From contig NC_042998.1 in assembly GCF_006345805.1 (NCBI RefSeq), positions 162,192,001-162,256,000 of the forward strand: 64,000 nucleotides of DNA. The letters run 5' to 3'. Origin of the DNA: Octopus sinensis (lineage: Eukaryota). This document shows positions 39,230 to 50,782 of this stretch, one piece after another. Every line of letters starts with the position of its first letter. Within the stretch, counting starts at the first letter, position 1. The translations under genes and the position numbers were made by a program. The notes below the pieces were generated by a model. It ran no database searches and was not told where the DNA came from. It saw only the letters and a program-made list of their open reading frames with translations.

Positions 39230-39490
39230 GTACTTTATTATCTCCGTTTCTTTCAACCTCTTCTTACAAACATTTTTCTAATCATTCTCTATGCTTGACT
39301 ACTAAATCTACAGGTTTTTTTTTTTTCATTCGCTCTCTGTTTATTTTCTCTTATTCTTTTCTGTTGAAGAGCATAGGCTCAAAACGTAAAAGACATTTTC
39401 ATTTTCCTGAGCATCAAACTAATACATCTGCTTGTTGCTCATACACCGGTCTTCATCTTTTGTTTTTCTATAAATTTCAGCTATATATGT
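39230..39490 (+). mobile_element. Penelope-pLTR-like non-coding repeat with decayed hammerhead motif
   Basis: CTGTTGA-A-GAGC-ATAG-GCTC-AAAAC-GTA at 39361-39388. A second, reverse copy lies at 61205-61470. Confidence 0.55.
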
Positions 39491-41383
39491 ATATATATAT
39501 ATAATATATATATATATACGAGCAAAACGCCCCCACCCCGTCCAATGGACAGTGCTGAATAAAAAGCAGTCAGTGTTTTCTTTTCATTAAAAAATAATTA
39601 AGCATGTCTTTATTTCAATAAAATTTTTTGTTTTGTTAAACGAAGTTAAGGCAAAAAAAACTTCTTGAGAAATCAAATAGTCTTTCCTTCCTTCATGCCA
39701 AGTTTGAAGTTGAACTAACAGCCATTTTCAACTTCCTTGGCAGTTCACTCACCTCTTATTTATTGGAATCGGTTAGTCCACCTTCAGTCACATGGGAGTA
39801 TTCAGGATTCTCCCATAACACATACCATAAGGAGTGTTTTTTTTTTATGGCAGTGATATAATATATCAGTGTAAAATTGCAGTGGCAGCTACTGACAAAC
39901 TAATGAACATAGTTATATAGCTGCAGAATGGTGACCTGAGTGATATAAAGCACTTAAAAAAAGGACAGGGAAATAAAAATTGCAGCCAATGTATATCTGG
40001 GACGTGATTTTATAGAAATGGTTATGTAATATGCATGCCTTCATTTTTTAATATACTCTGTGCAATATCATATGAAGCAGACAGAAATTTGATTAACATA
40101 ATCAAACTAGGGATATCATAAATGACATAATTTCCATAGTTTTTTCTTTTATTTTCATGTACTAATTTTTGTATACTTGTATCATATGAATTGGGGGCTT
40201 TTAATATGGATAAACTTTTAAACATAAGGTAGGATGTGGTGCCTATTTTTCATCAGGGTTGAATTAGGCATGACATATGTACCAACGACAGAGTTTGAAC
40301 TTTAAACCATGAGTCAGTGATCAACTGCCTCCAGCCATCAGCTATTGAACGTTGGACAAATTGACTGTATAAATTATTATTATCCATTAGGAATAATCTG
40401 CTGCAATATAACAATCAAGCTACATTGATTTCTCTATAACAGAATGTGAAAAAGGAAAAGTGGAAGCAATGAATTCTGGGATTGAAACAAAATGCTTCTT
40501 TGAAAGGTTAGGAAACAGTCTCCTGAAAACATGTCCAATATAAATTGGTCATTACTGCTTCAATCCTAAACAGGACATAGGAAGTCAAGAAAGATATGTT
40601 ACAGGATTTGTTTTTATTTATAAGCCAATTTATGTAAGTATCTGTGTGAAAAATATGAATTTGTGTAGATTATCAATACATTGGTAACCTAGCACCACTT
40701 GGAAAGACAGACTTCAGCTAGTAGAAAGACTTATCTTTCATGATAACTGACAGTGATTCATTTGTTTTCTGAATCGCAGTGAGCACTTGGCGCATTATAC
40801 AAGTGGTAAAACCAATGTAGAGGTCATTTTTATTGGCCTCATGACACATCTCCCTTGTTGAAGACGGCAATGATTAAGATTGTACATGTGCATTCACTCA
40901 CTTGAATTGTCGGTAGATACAGAGCTGTTGTTTGCGTTACCCACTTCTCTCTCCTCCCAACCGTCTCTCTCTATCATCTCACATATATGTATATATATAC
41001 TGCTTCTACTATATTTCTTCTATCATTCTCCCTCTCTTCCACACATGTTCACAAGCATTTAGTCCTGGTTGCAGACATAACACAAACCTCTGGCTTGCAG
41101 CTTGTCAATGCCAAGAGATAACTTTATCAAACATGGCTGAAATATAGTAACACTTGACTCCTACTGCTGCAAGATGAGAGATGTGTGCACATAGTTTTAA
41201 GTGAGCATTCATCAATACAGCAACACTGTCTCCTAAGTGTACAACATTTAGGACTATGACAAAAGACAAGTGAATGTGTAGGGTCTATGGAAATTTGTAA
41301 AAGTGTGCATGCGTGTTTGTTCTTGTACATGTTATTTATATGAAATATAGCATAAAGTTATATGGCATGTATATATATACACA

Positions 41384-41590
41384 TAGGTGCAGGAGTGGCT
41401 GTGTAGGTGCAAGAGTGGCTATGTAGGTGCAGGAGTGGATGTGTGGGAGGAAGTTTGCCTTCCAACCACATAGTTCCAGGTACAGTCCCACTGCGTGGCA
41501 CCTTGGGCAAGTGTCTTCTACTATAGCCTTGGGCTGACCTAAACCTTGTAAGTGGATTTAGTAGATGGAACCTGAAAGAAGCCCATCGTG
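41384..41590 (+). mobile_element. SINE family A 5' half with triplicated 20-bp head
   Basis: TAGGTGCA(G/A)GAGTGG(C/A)T(G/A)TG repeated at 41384, 41404 and 41424. Confidence 0.85.
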
Positions 41591-41694
41591 TATATATACA
41601 TATCTCTATCTATATCCCTATCTCTCTCTCTCTATATATATATATATCAGTACATAAATGTATGTATGAATATATTTATGTGTCTGTCTGTTTG

Positions 41695-42060
41695 TTTGAT
41701 CAGTCATTGGATTGCAATCATTGCTGGGATGTTGCCTTAATGGGTTGAAGTTGTACAAATCAACTCCAGTATTATTTTTTTACAGTCTGGTGTTTAAACA
41801 CTAAGTTACAGTGACATAAACAAACCAATACTGGTTGTCAAGCTATGATGGAGAACAAACACCAAGACACACATGTATATATACATACACACACACACAC
41901 CTACGCTACACACACACACACATGTATGTATGATGGGTTTCTTTCAGTTTCTATGTATCAAAAACACTCACAAGATTTTGGCTAGTTCAGAGCCAAAGTA
42001 GAAAACACCCAAAGTTCCACATAGTGGGAGTGAACTCAGAACTATGTGACTGGAAAGCAT
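41695..42060 (-). mobile_element. Old SINE family A variant
   Basis: Diverged reverse copy, tail-to-tail with 41384-41590. Confidence 0.7.
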
Positions 42061-42140
42061 GTGTGTGTGTGTGTGCATGTGCGTACTTTTAATCATTGAT
42101 ATTTTTTTCAAGCCTAGCATATAATAGAGATCTATAAATA

Positions 42141-42500
42141 TTAATTTCAAATGTTTTTTGGCACAAGGCCAGAAACTTTGGGGTGTGGGGGCATAAGTCA
42201 ATTACATCAACTCCAGTAGTCTACTGGTACTTATTGTATCGACCACAAAAGGATGAATGGCAAAATCAACCCCGGCAGAATTTGAACTCAGAGCATGCCT
42301 TGTATGATAACAATCCTGCCAACTCACTGCTGTATAGAGATCTATAAATATTGGCTTCAACTTTTGTCACAAGGCCAGCAATTTCAGGGAAAGAGAAAGT
42401 CAATTACATCACCCACCAGTGCTCAACTGGCTCTTATTTTATCGACCCCAAAAATATGAAAGGCAAAAATTGATATCTGCAAAATTTGAATTCTGAACAT
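42141..42500 (-). mobile_element. Two tandem SINE family B copies
   Basis: Reverse family B domain at 42141-42330 and 42350-42500. Confidence 0.8.
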
Positions 42501-42502
42501 TT

Positions 42503-42688
42503 ATACAGTTCTATATTTAAGAGATGAGGAATTATGTACATTATTTACATTATTTATATCTGACAGATATTTGTCCTCATCTTGCTTGTTGTTAACACAG
42601 TGTTTTGGTTGATATACCCTCCAGCCTTCATCTCAGGTGTCTTGGGGAAATTTCGAACCTGGGTTCTCATTCCTAAGGTACTTTACAA

Positions 42689-42755
<67 letters not shown>

Positions 42756-42879
42756 TAGTATATTTTTTATATCATGCTTTCACTTCACTACCGAGCACAG
42801 CTCTGTGTGCCTTGGGTATGTGCTGTGATTTGTTGTGATGCTCTGATGGTTATTGTATGGAAAGTATTCTGCGTAGGAA

Positions 42880-42925
<46 letters not shown>

Positions 42926-43000
42926 TAGGTCACTTCCTGGAATCGAACTCGGAATCTTGGGGTTAGTAGCCCACTCTCTTAACTACTATGCCATATGCCC
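42503..43000 (-). mobile_element. tRNA-headed SINE-like element with hammerhead-like/Penelope-type tail, interrupted by a Dong insertion
   Basis: Minus-strand head GGGCATATGGCATAGTAGTTAAGAGAGTGGGCTACTAACCCCAAGATTCCGAGTTCGATTCC (42927-43000), (AAT)n, then a tail with GACAC-CTGAGATGA-AGGCTG..CAACC-AAAAC-ACT-GTGTT (42594-42641). Confidence 0.65.
42753..42880 (-). mobile_element. R4/Dong-type LINE extreme 3' end inserted in (AAT)n
   Basis: Minus strand reads LRRILSIQ* then 3' UTR. (ATT)n tracts on both sides. Confidence 0.6.
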
Positions 43001-43054
43001 TGAATAATAATAACAATAATAATAAAATATAGACACACAAACATGTACACACAC

Positions 43055-43086
<32 letters not shown>

Positions 43087-43385
43087 TTGTATATACATAT
43101 TTTAAAAATCATATTAGTGTGTTGAGTCAGCTGAGCACTCTCACTCAAAGTGTCTTTTTCATTTAACAGAAATTTATTTAATTATTTATTCATTTATTTA
43201 TCAATGTAGCCTATGGAATTGAGGTTGGGTAGGATTGTGGCACAAGAACAAACGCCAGTTTTTGAAACGAGGTGCTGTTGCTGCCAACTACTACTAAGAC
43301 TAGTAATACCATAAATCACACACATACGCACACATACAGATATACGTATATATATATACACACATACACACACATATATATATAC

Positions 43386-43434
<49 letters not shown>

Positions 43435-43899
43435 ATAGTTGAACTAAAATATGTGATTGTGCAGACCATCAATAGGAATATATTGGATTCATATATATGG
43501 GGTGCTGGACAACAATGGCATTTAAAAAATTGGTAAAGGGTATTCTAACTTCACAGACAACATGACAGAAGATTGAAAGAAAGTGTTTTTTTGTATCATA
43601 CTCTAATTTTCTATAGATGATGATGGTGATGTTGGTGGTATTTGGTCATCTCTGTTATTCTCATGCATTTATAATAGTTTCTGAATTGGATTTTAATAAT
43701 TAGATAAATAAAATTTCCAATGCCACTGACAATGTGTGCATTGATAAATATATTTACACACGCATATGTGTATATGGAGTACTCGTCTGAACTATGGTCT
43801 TCCAAATCTCATACAAGTAATGCCACACACACATGCATATAATTCTATATATTATATATGTAATTATATATGCATTTGTGTGTATGTACATGTGTGTAA

Positions 43900-43966
<67 letters not shown>

Positions 43967-44142
43967 AAGTGAAGACATGGCTCCGTAGTAAGAAGATTGC
44001 TTCCCAGCTACATTATTCCAAGTTCAGTCCTACTGCATGGCACCTTGGGCAAGTGTCTTCTACTATAGCCTCAGGATGATTGAAGCCTTGTGAATGTATT
44101 TGATGGCCAGACACTGAAAGAAGCCTGTCATATATATACACA

Positions 44143-45414
44143 CAAGAGTTGGACAAAACAATAGAAACACCGAGCATAATTGAATCATAATTTTGAAATA
44201 TCTATAAAACCATCAAAAGCCTGTTTATTTTTATGTTTTTTTTATTTATTATTAGTGTTGTTTAATATGTTTTGCTAAAGTTGCTGTTTCTTTTCAGATA
44301 TCCTCAGAAAAAGGTAATTAAAATTCATTAAAATGACAGATCAATCAGAGTTTCAAAGAGGTCAAATTGTTTGTGCTCAAATGGCAGGTGCTAGCATAAT
44401 GAAAACAGCCAAAATGTTTTGTATATCAAGAAGAACTGTCTCGAAAGTAATGACAGCTTTGAGAAAGTGGGAAAAACCTCCTCATCAAAACAAAACTCCA
44501 GAAGAAAACCAAAACTTTCAGATAAGGACTGCTGGACTCTCATGCAAATTGTTAGAAAGGATCACAAAAGTACAGCTCCCAGATTTACTGCAGAGCTTAA
44601 TGACTACCTCAGGAACCCATTTTCCACAAAAATCGTTCACTGGTAGCTGCACAAAGCCGGATTTCATGGGAGGGCTGCAATCAGAAAACAACTACTTTCA
44701 AAAACAAACGTTGCAAAGTGTTTAGAGTTGAGTAAAAACCTACAGAATTGGTCTGCAGAGCAGTGGAAGAATGTTATTTTCTTGGACATGTCATCCTTTA
44801 CTTTATTTCCGACCACTGGCCAAGTATACATGTGGAGACTGCCAAAAGAAGCACTTGATCCAGGCTGCCTTCTTCCAACTGTTAAACATGGGGGAGGATC
44901 TGTGATGATCAGGGGTGGGGGCTATATCTTGGAAATCCGCAGGTCCAATGGTTTCCCTTCATGGCAGAATTAATAGTCAAGACTATTTAAGCATTTTATC
45001 TGATCAAATTCATCCTATGGTTGTGGTAGTGTTTCCAGAGGGAAACACAATCTTTCAGGATGATAATGCAGTAATTCACACAACTAAAGTTGTTACTGAA
45101 TGGCACGAGGCACATTCTGGTGACATTGAACATTTTATCTGGCCAATACAGCCCCCAGATCTCAATATCATCGAACATTTATGGTGCATTTTAGAAAAAC
45201 AAGTAAGGAGTCGATATCCTTCACCATCATCACTACAAGAACTGGAGACTGTTTTAGCTGAAGAATGGACAAAAATTCCTTTGGAAACAAACTTTGTATG
45301 AGTCCATACTTTGTAGAATTCAAGCTGTGATTACTGCCAAAGGCAGCCCTACCCCATATTAAAATAAATTTGTTTGAAATTTTAAGGTGTTTCCATTATT
45401 TTGTCCAACCCCTG
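44143..45414 (+). mobile_element. Full-length Tc1/mariner transposon, DD36E (Incomer-like), inactive
   Basis: 29-bp TIRs CAAGAGTTGGACAAAACAATAGAAACACC / rc CAGGGGTTGGACAAAATAATGGAAACACC. CA on each side is consistent with a mutated TA TSD. 1272 bp. Confidence 0.92.
44333..45362 (+). pseudogene. Tc1-family DDE transposase pseudogene
   Basis: HTH N-terminus (QRGQIV...SRRTVSKV), WKNVIFLD (D at 44785), TVKHGGGSVM, FQDDNA (D at 45062), PPDLNIIEHLW (E at 45173): 36 residues between D and E. About 3 frameshifts and a TAG at 44644. Confidence 0.92.
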
Positions 45415-45431
45415 CATATCTGCATATCAAT

Positions 45432-45711
45432 GAAATTCCAACTATGTCTGATTAATATGATTTATTATTTGCAATTTTTACAATTTACAATATTGAGATA
45501 AACTAGTATTTTCATGTGCTACGTTATTAACAAGTTTATATAGTGACAGTCATGTTCAACAGTTGACAACAGTAGTCAATTGTGGAACACGACTGTCACT
45601 ACATAAACCTGATGATTGTGTAACACATGAAAGTACTGGTTTATTTCAATATTGTAATATTGTAAAAATTGCAAATAATAAAACGTGAAAATCAGACTTA
45701 GTTGGAATTTC
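45432..45711. mobile_element. Palindromic (hairpin) MITE
   Basis: The left half GAAATTCCAACTATGTCTGATT...GTTGAC pairs with the right half across a 7-nt loop AACAGTA (45568-45574). Embedded in TA context. Confidence 0.85.
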
Positions 45712-45723
45712 TTTAATTAATAG

Positions 45724-45730
45724 GTATGCA

Positions 45731-45780
<50 letters not shown>

Positions 45781-45790
45781 TATAATATAC

Positions 45791-45821
<31 letters not shown>

Positions 45822-45840
45822 ATATATATATATATATAAC

Positions 45841-45871
<31 letters not shown>

Positions 45872-45874
45872 CAT

Positions 45875-45906
<32 letters not shown>

Positions 45907-45969
45907 CATATATATTATATACATATATAAGATATATACATATATATATATATACCTATATATATATAC

Positions 45970-46002
<33 letters not shown>

Positions 46003-46214
46003 CATATATATATATACATATATATATATATACATATATATATATACATATATATACATATATATATATATACATATATATACATATATATATATACATA
46101 TATATATATACATATATATATATAGATATATATATACATATATAATATATATATATATATACATATATAATATATATATATAACATATATATATATATAC
46201 ACTATATATATATA

Positions 46215-46290
<76 letters not shown>
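45724..46290. repeat. ~570-bp (TA)n/(TACATATATA)n array
   Basis: Direct inspection. Source of the YI-repeat ORFs. Confidence 0.95.
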
Positions 46291-47371
46291 ATACACACAC
46301 TACTTGACAACTGGTATTGGTGTGTTTATGTCCCTGTAACTTAGAAATTCAGCAAAAGAGAATGATAGAAAAAGATAGTACTGCTGAAAAAGATAGTACT
46401 GGTGTCGATTTATTCAACAAAAAATGTCTTCAAGATGGTGCCCCAGCATGGCTGCAGTCTGACAACTGAAATATATAAAAGATAAAAGACATACACACAC
46501 ACATGGCTATAGTATGCACACACATGCATATGTGTGTGTGTGTGTGGTTGCATGTGCTTCAGTATGTATATACTGGTTTTACTTATGTGTTTATAAGATA
46601 TAAAAGAGAGCCTTTAGGATATTTATCTTCCTCTATATATTCTGTATATATGTTTGTATAAATATGTATTTACTCACATAGACTGATATATAGTTTTCTT
46701 GGAATTTAGACATCTAATCCCTTTCCAATGTCACGAGATATCAGTGAAATTCTCTTGTGAATGGGGTCTTTGCTAATGATTCACCATGATTTATTTGAAT
46801 CCACAGCCATCACATTTTATACTGATGCCAGTCTGCCAATCATAACATAATAACTTCCTTGTACTGCTATTCATTGTCAATTCATCAAGTTCCTTGAGAG
46901 ACAGCTTAACAGCTTTGTTGTTGTTTGACATGCAAGCATTAAAGCTTTCAAGAATGCAATTAGTAAATCTCATGTCCTGCACATTTTATATATTCAACCA
47001 AGGGAAAATAACTCTGTGGTGTAAAACACTTCAGCTTTCTAAAATGTTAAAATATATCAACGTTTTTATATTAAGTTTCCTGTTTGAACTAGGTTTGATT
47101 CTCCTTAGTTTATTAATGTAATAAACAATCCTTCCTCCACTGAGGTAGTTCTGCTTTTGTGGCTAGGATATTTGGCTCATGCTTATAGGGTCATCAATTC
47201 AAAATTATATTTGTGTGTTGAGTCAGTTGAGCCTTCTCACTTAAAGTGTCCTTCTCATTTAACAGAAATTAATTAATTAATTTATTTATTTATTCAATTA
47301 TTTATCAATGTAGCCTATGAAACTTAGGCTATGTAGGATTTTGGCAGAAGAACAAATGCCAGTTTTTAACA

Positions 47372-47615
47372 AGGATTCCCAGTAGTGCATTGAGTCCTTG
47401 AGCAAGAAATTTTATTTCTTGTTGCTCCAGTCACTTCAGCTGGCAAAAGTGATTCGCACTTGTAATTTAAAGGGCCAGTCTTCTTACACTCTAGGTCATG
47501 CTGAATCTCCCCGAGAACTGTAGTAATAAGGGTATGCATGTCTGTGAAGCAATCAGCCACTTGCATATTGATTTCACAAGAAGGCTGTTCAGTTGATCAG
47601 ATCAACTGGAACACT
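47372..47615 (+). mobile_element. SINE family D, 5'-truncated
   Basis: GTCCTTGAGCAAG...AAAGGGCCAG...GAGAAC...GATCAACTGGAAC. Confidence 0.75.
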
Positions 47616-47624
47616 TATCATTTC

Positions 47625-47960
47625 ATCTGTCTTCATGTTCTGAGTTCAAATTTTGTTGAAGTCAGCTCTGTGTTTCATCCTTTTGGGGTTGACAAAATAA
47701 GTACCAGTTAAACATTGGGGTTGATGTAATCAACTTCCGCTCTTCTGAATTTACTGGCCTTGTGCTGAAATTTGAAACCGTTATTATGATTAATAGAGTA
47801 GTATATATTCCTTGTGGTTTTTATTCAGGCCGTTTATATTTTGAGTTCAAATCTTACTGAAGTCAGTTTTGCCTTTCTTTCTTCTAGGTTTGATAAAATA
47901 AAGTCCTGGAATCACTTTAATTGACTACAAATTCCTCTACAAATTTTCAACCTTTTGCCT
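47625..47960 (+). mobile_element. Two SINE family B copies
   Basis: Family B domain at 47625-47790 and 47820-47960. Confidence 0.75.
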
Positions 47961-48359
47961 CCTCTGTATAATTATATACAAATCACACCCATTTTGTGTT
48001 TACAATATTTTAGCTTCAGCCACTGACCCATATGTAAGAATCATGTTACATTTTATGAATGCTGTTTGCAGCTTCGCTGGCAATTGCATTTAAATTATAT
48101 ATGCATTTAGTTGAAGCAAGTCCAGTTATTGCTAATACTGTTTAGCTAGGTCCTGGAACCATAGACATTATAGCAACATATTTATAAAATCTATGCCCAG
48201 AACAAATAGACCAAGCAGTGATTTTAAATATCACTCTTGACTGACTACATGACTGCTGACATACATAGCATCTAATGGGATTACAACGGGCCAGTAGAGA
48301 ATGAAACATATGTTTTGCACACATGATAGGTGTGCGTGTGTTTGCAAATATATGTGTGT

Positions 48360-48394
48360 ATATACACACACGTACATGTACGTATATGTATATA

Positions 48395-48426
<32 letters not shown>

Positions 48427-48476
48427 CATATTATATATATATATATATACACATACATATATATATACACACACAC

Positions 48477-48511
<35 letters not shown>

Positions 48512-48605
48512 CACATACATATATATATACACACACACATATATATATATACATATACATATATATATATATGTATATATACACACACACAGAGATATAT
48601 GTATG
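48360..48605. repeat. (TA)/(CA) compound microsatellite
   Basis: Direct inspection. Confidence 0.9.
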
Positions 48606-50049
48606 TTCATGGTATTGTGGTAGGATAATATAAGCATAATATAAGCATTCCCAAACTGATTTTAATGAACTTTATTAAAAATGCATTTATAATATCCACA
48701 CAATGATTTCATGAGTCAATCACTACTCCAAGTTCACTGAGATAAGGCTAAACTGCATCTAGTCATGAATCTTGCACAACATCCCGGGTGATGCGAGGAA
48801 GTTTTAAGAAATATTTTATCCACTTGTATCATGCTTTTATTTTAATAGCTATGCAAGTGTCAACAAAACCCATTTGCATGTAATTCACATATCCAAGTCA
48901 TGTCTTTCACTAATTTGAAACTGTTTGGCATATTTTGTTTCTGGTGTTCTCTTTGGTGTTTCTATTTTTTCTTTGCTTCTGCCACCCCCTCACTATCTTT
49001 TTGAACATGTATACTTCTCTCTCTCTCTCAAAACTGTCAATATTTTCCAGCATGTTTAATAAAACATATCTTAAACTGGCCTCTTAATATAATGCTTGGC
49101 CATTAGGTAGAAGCACTGGCTCAGGAACGAAATTTGCTTAGGCAGGGCAAACCTAGGCCCAAAACTTTTTTACAGACAAAGTCTTATTGCTTTTTCTTAA
49201 ATTTATTTTTGTTCTTTGAGAAGAAACCTAACTACAAGCTACTTTTTACAGCCCACTTTTAACTCATTGTCTTCTAAATGAAAAGTAAGTAGGGGTGCAA
49301 ATTTTGATTTTGCACACAATATAAATTTTAGATGCACTTTCATCCCCTGCACCTCTTATTCCTGGGTTCATAGGTGGAAGGCCATCAGATTGCCTGTGGA
49401 AGTTACTTCAAGGTAGCTGTAGATCAGGAGGTGTGCACTATGGAAGAGTAGTATTACCAGAGTTAGTGCTAATTGGACTTGTGCTAGGGTTTGGTTGCCT
49501 GGATGAAAGTGTCTGATGTTGAAAAATAACTAAAGACCCCAGGAAACTTCATTGATGATGCTCCCAGATGCTTCAAAATATGATGTATGGAAAAACTTGT
49601 TTTTAGTACTCATGGATTTATTTTTTGTCACATTTTAAGGTGGCAAGCTTGCAGAACCATTGCACACTGAGAAAATGCTTTACAACTTTCGAAGAGGTAT
49701 TTGGCAGCATCACCTCTAGCTGAACAATTATTGTGTTGATGAAGAGAAATAACCCAGAAATTGCGATACACTGATATTGTTTTGAACTGAGTGGAGGTGT
49801 TAGATTCCCTTGTTCGAAAATATAAAGACACATATCATGTCGTATAGCCAGATGGAGACGATGTCTCCTGGGGCTAAATTATAGCAACATTCATCCTAAA
49901 CCAGGACTGCCATGTTATATTGGCAAAAAATTTTTACTCCAAAGTACTGTTGTTGAATATCTCACATTGTGAGATTTACAAATAGTAATTTTCTAACTTT
50001 TTGTCTGTTTTAATGTTCTCAGTTCAAATTCTACTGAGGTAGAATTTTC

Positions 50050-50272
50050 CTTTGAGGTAGTGAGTTAGCAGAATCATTAGCACATTGGGCAAAATGTTTA
50101 TTGGTATTTTTTCAGTCTTAATGCTTTAAGCTCAAATTCTGCCAAGGTTGACTCTGCCTTTTGTCCTTTCATGGTTGATAAAACTAGTACCAGTTGAGCA
50201 CTGGGGTCAATGAAATCAACTTACCCCCTACCCTGATATTGCTGGCTTTGTATCAAAATTTGAAACCAACTT
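50050..50272 (+). mobile_element. SINE family B
   Basis: GGTAGTGAGTTAGCAGAATCATTAGC head to AAAATTTGAAACC tail. A further B fragment lies at ~50000-50045. Confidence 0.8.
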
Positions 50273-50393
50273 TGGTTACATCTTTCTATCAAAATAGGAT
50301 ATACTGTTTTTTGGTAATTTTATCAACAAATCAATAGACAAAGAGGTGGGAAGTTGGGACCTATATGAATAATATAGAAAACCATTCAACACA

Positions 50394-50782
50394 GATGTGT
50401 GGCTAGGAAGTTCACTTTACAACTACGTGGTTTCTAGTTCAGTCCCACTGTGTGGCACTTTGAGCATGTGTTTACTATTAGAGTCCTGAGCCAACCATTA
50501 CCTTGTTAGTGAGTTTTGCAGAAGGAAACTGTGTGGAAGCCTATCATGCATACATATGTCGAAGTGTGTGTGTGTCTCTCTATGTGTATTTGTGTTTCCT
50601 ACCTTCTTCCCTTCTGCTGATCATCACTGTAGGTTTTGCAGGTTTCTTTTACCAGTTTGGCAAAAGAGACCAGCAGAATAAGTACCAGACTTTTAAGATT
50701 TAAGCACTGAGATTGATTTGTTCATCATTCAAGGTGGTGCCTCCCAGTGTAAGACAAACAAAACAAATAAAAGATAAAGAAT
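50394..50782 (+). mobile_element. Old SINE family A variant
   Basis: TAGTTCAGTCCCACTGTGTGGCACTTTGAGCA and GGCAAAAGAGACC-GCAGAATAAGTACC motifs. Confidence 0.7.

Larger units (their letters stand above)
43972..46488 (+). mobile_element. SINE family A split into 43972-44130 and 46296-46488 by nested insertions
   Basis: The 5' half ends at the internal TA repeat. The 3' half (GACAACTGGTATTGGTGTGTTTATGTCCCTGTAACTTAG...CCAGCATGGCTGCAGTC) resumes 2.15 kb later. Confidence 0.85.

Noticed and set aside
39516-39720. Mariner-like TACGAG terminus
   Set aside because: No partner TIR or transposase trace was found.
49540-49960. Coding-like segment containing RHD on the minus strand
   Set aside because: The flanking zinc-knuckle and endonuclease motifs were not recoverable, so it is left unassigned.
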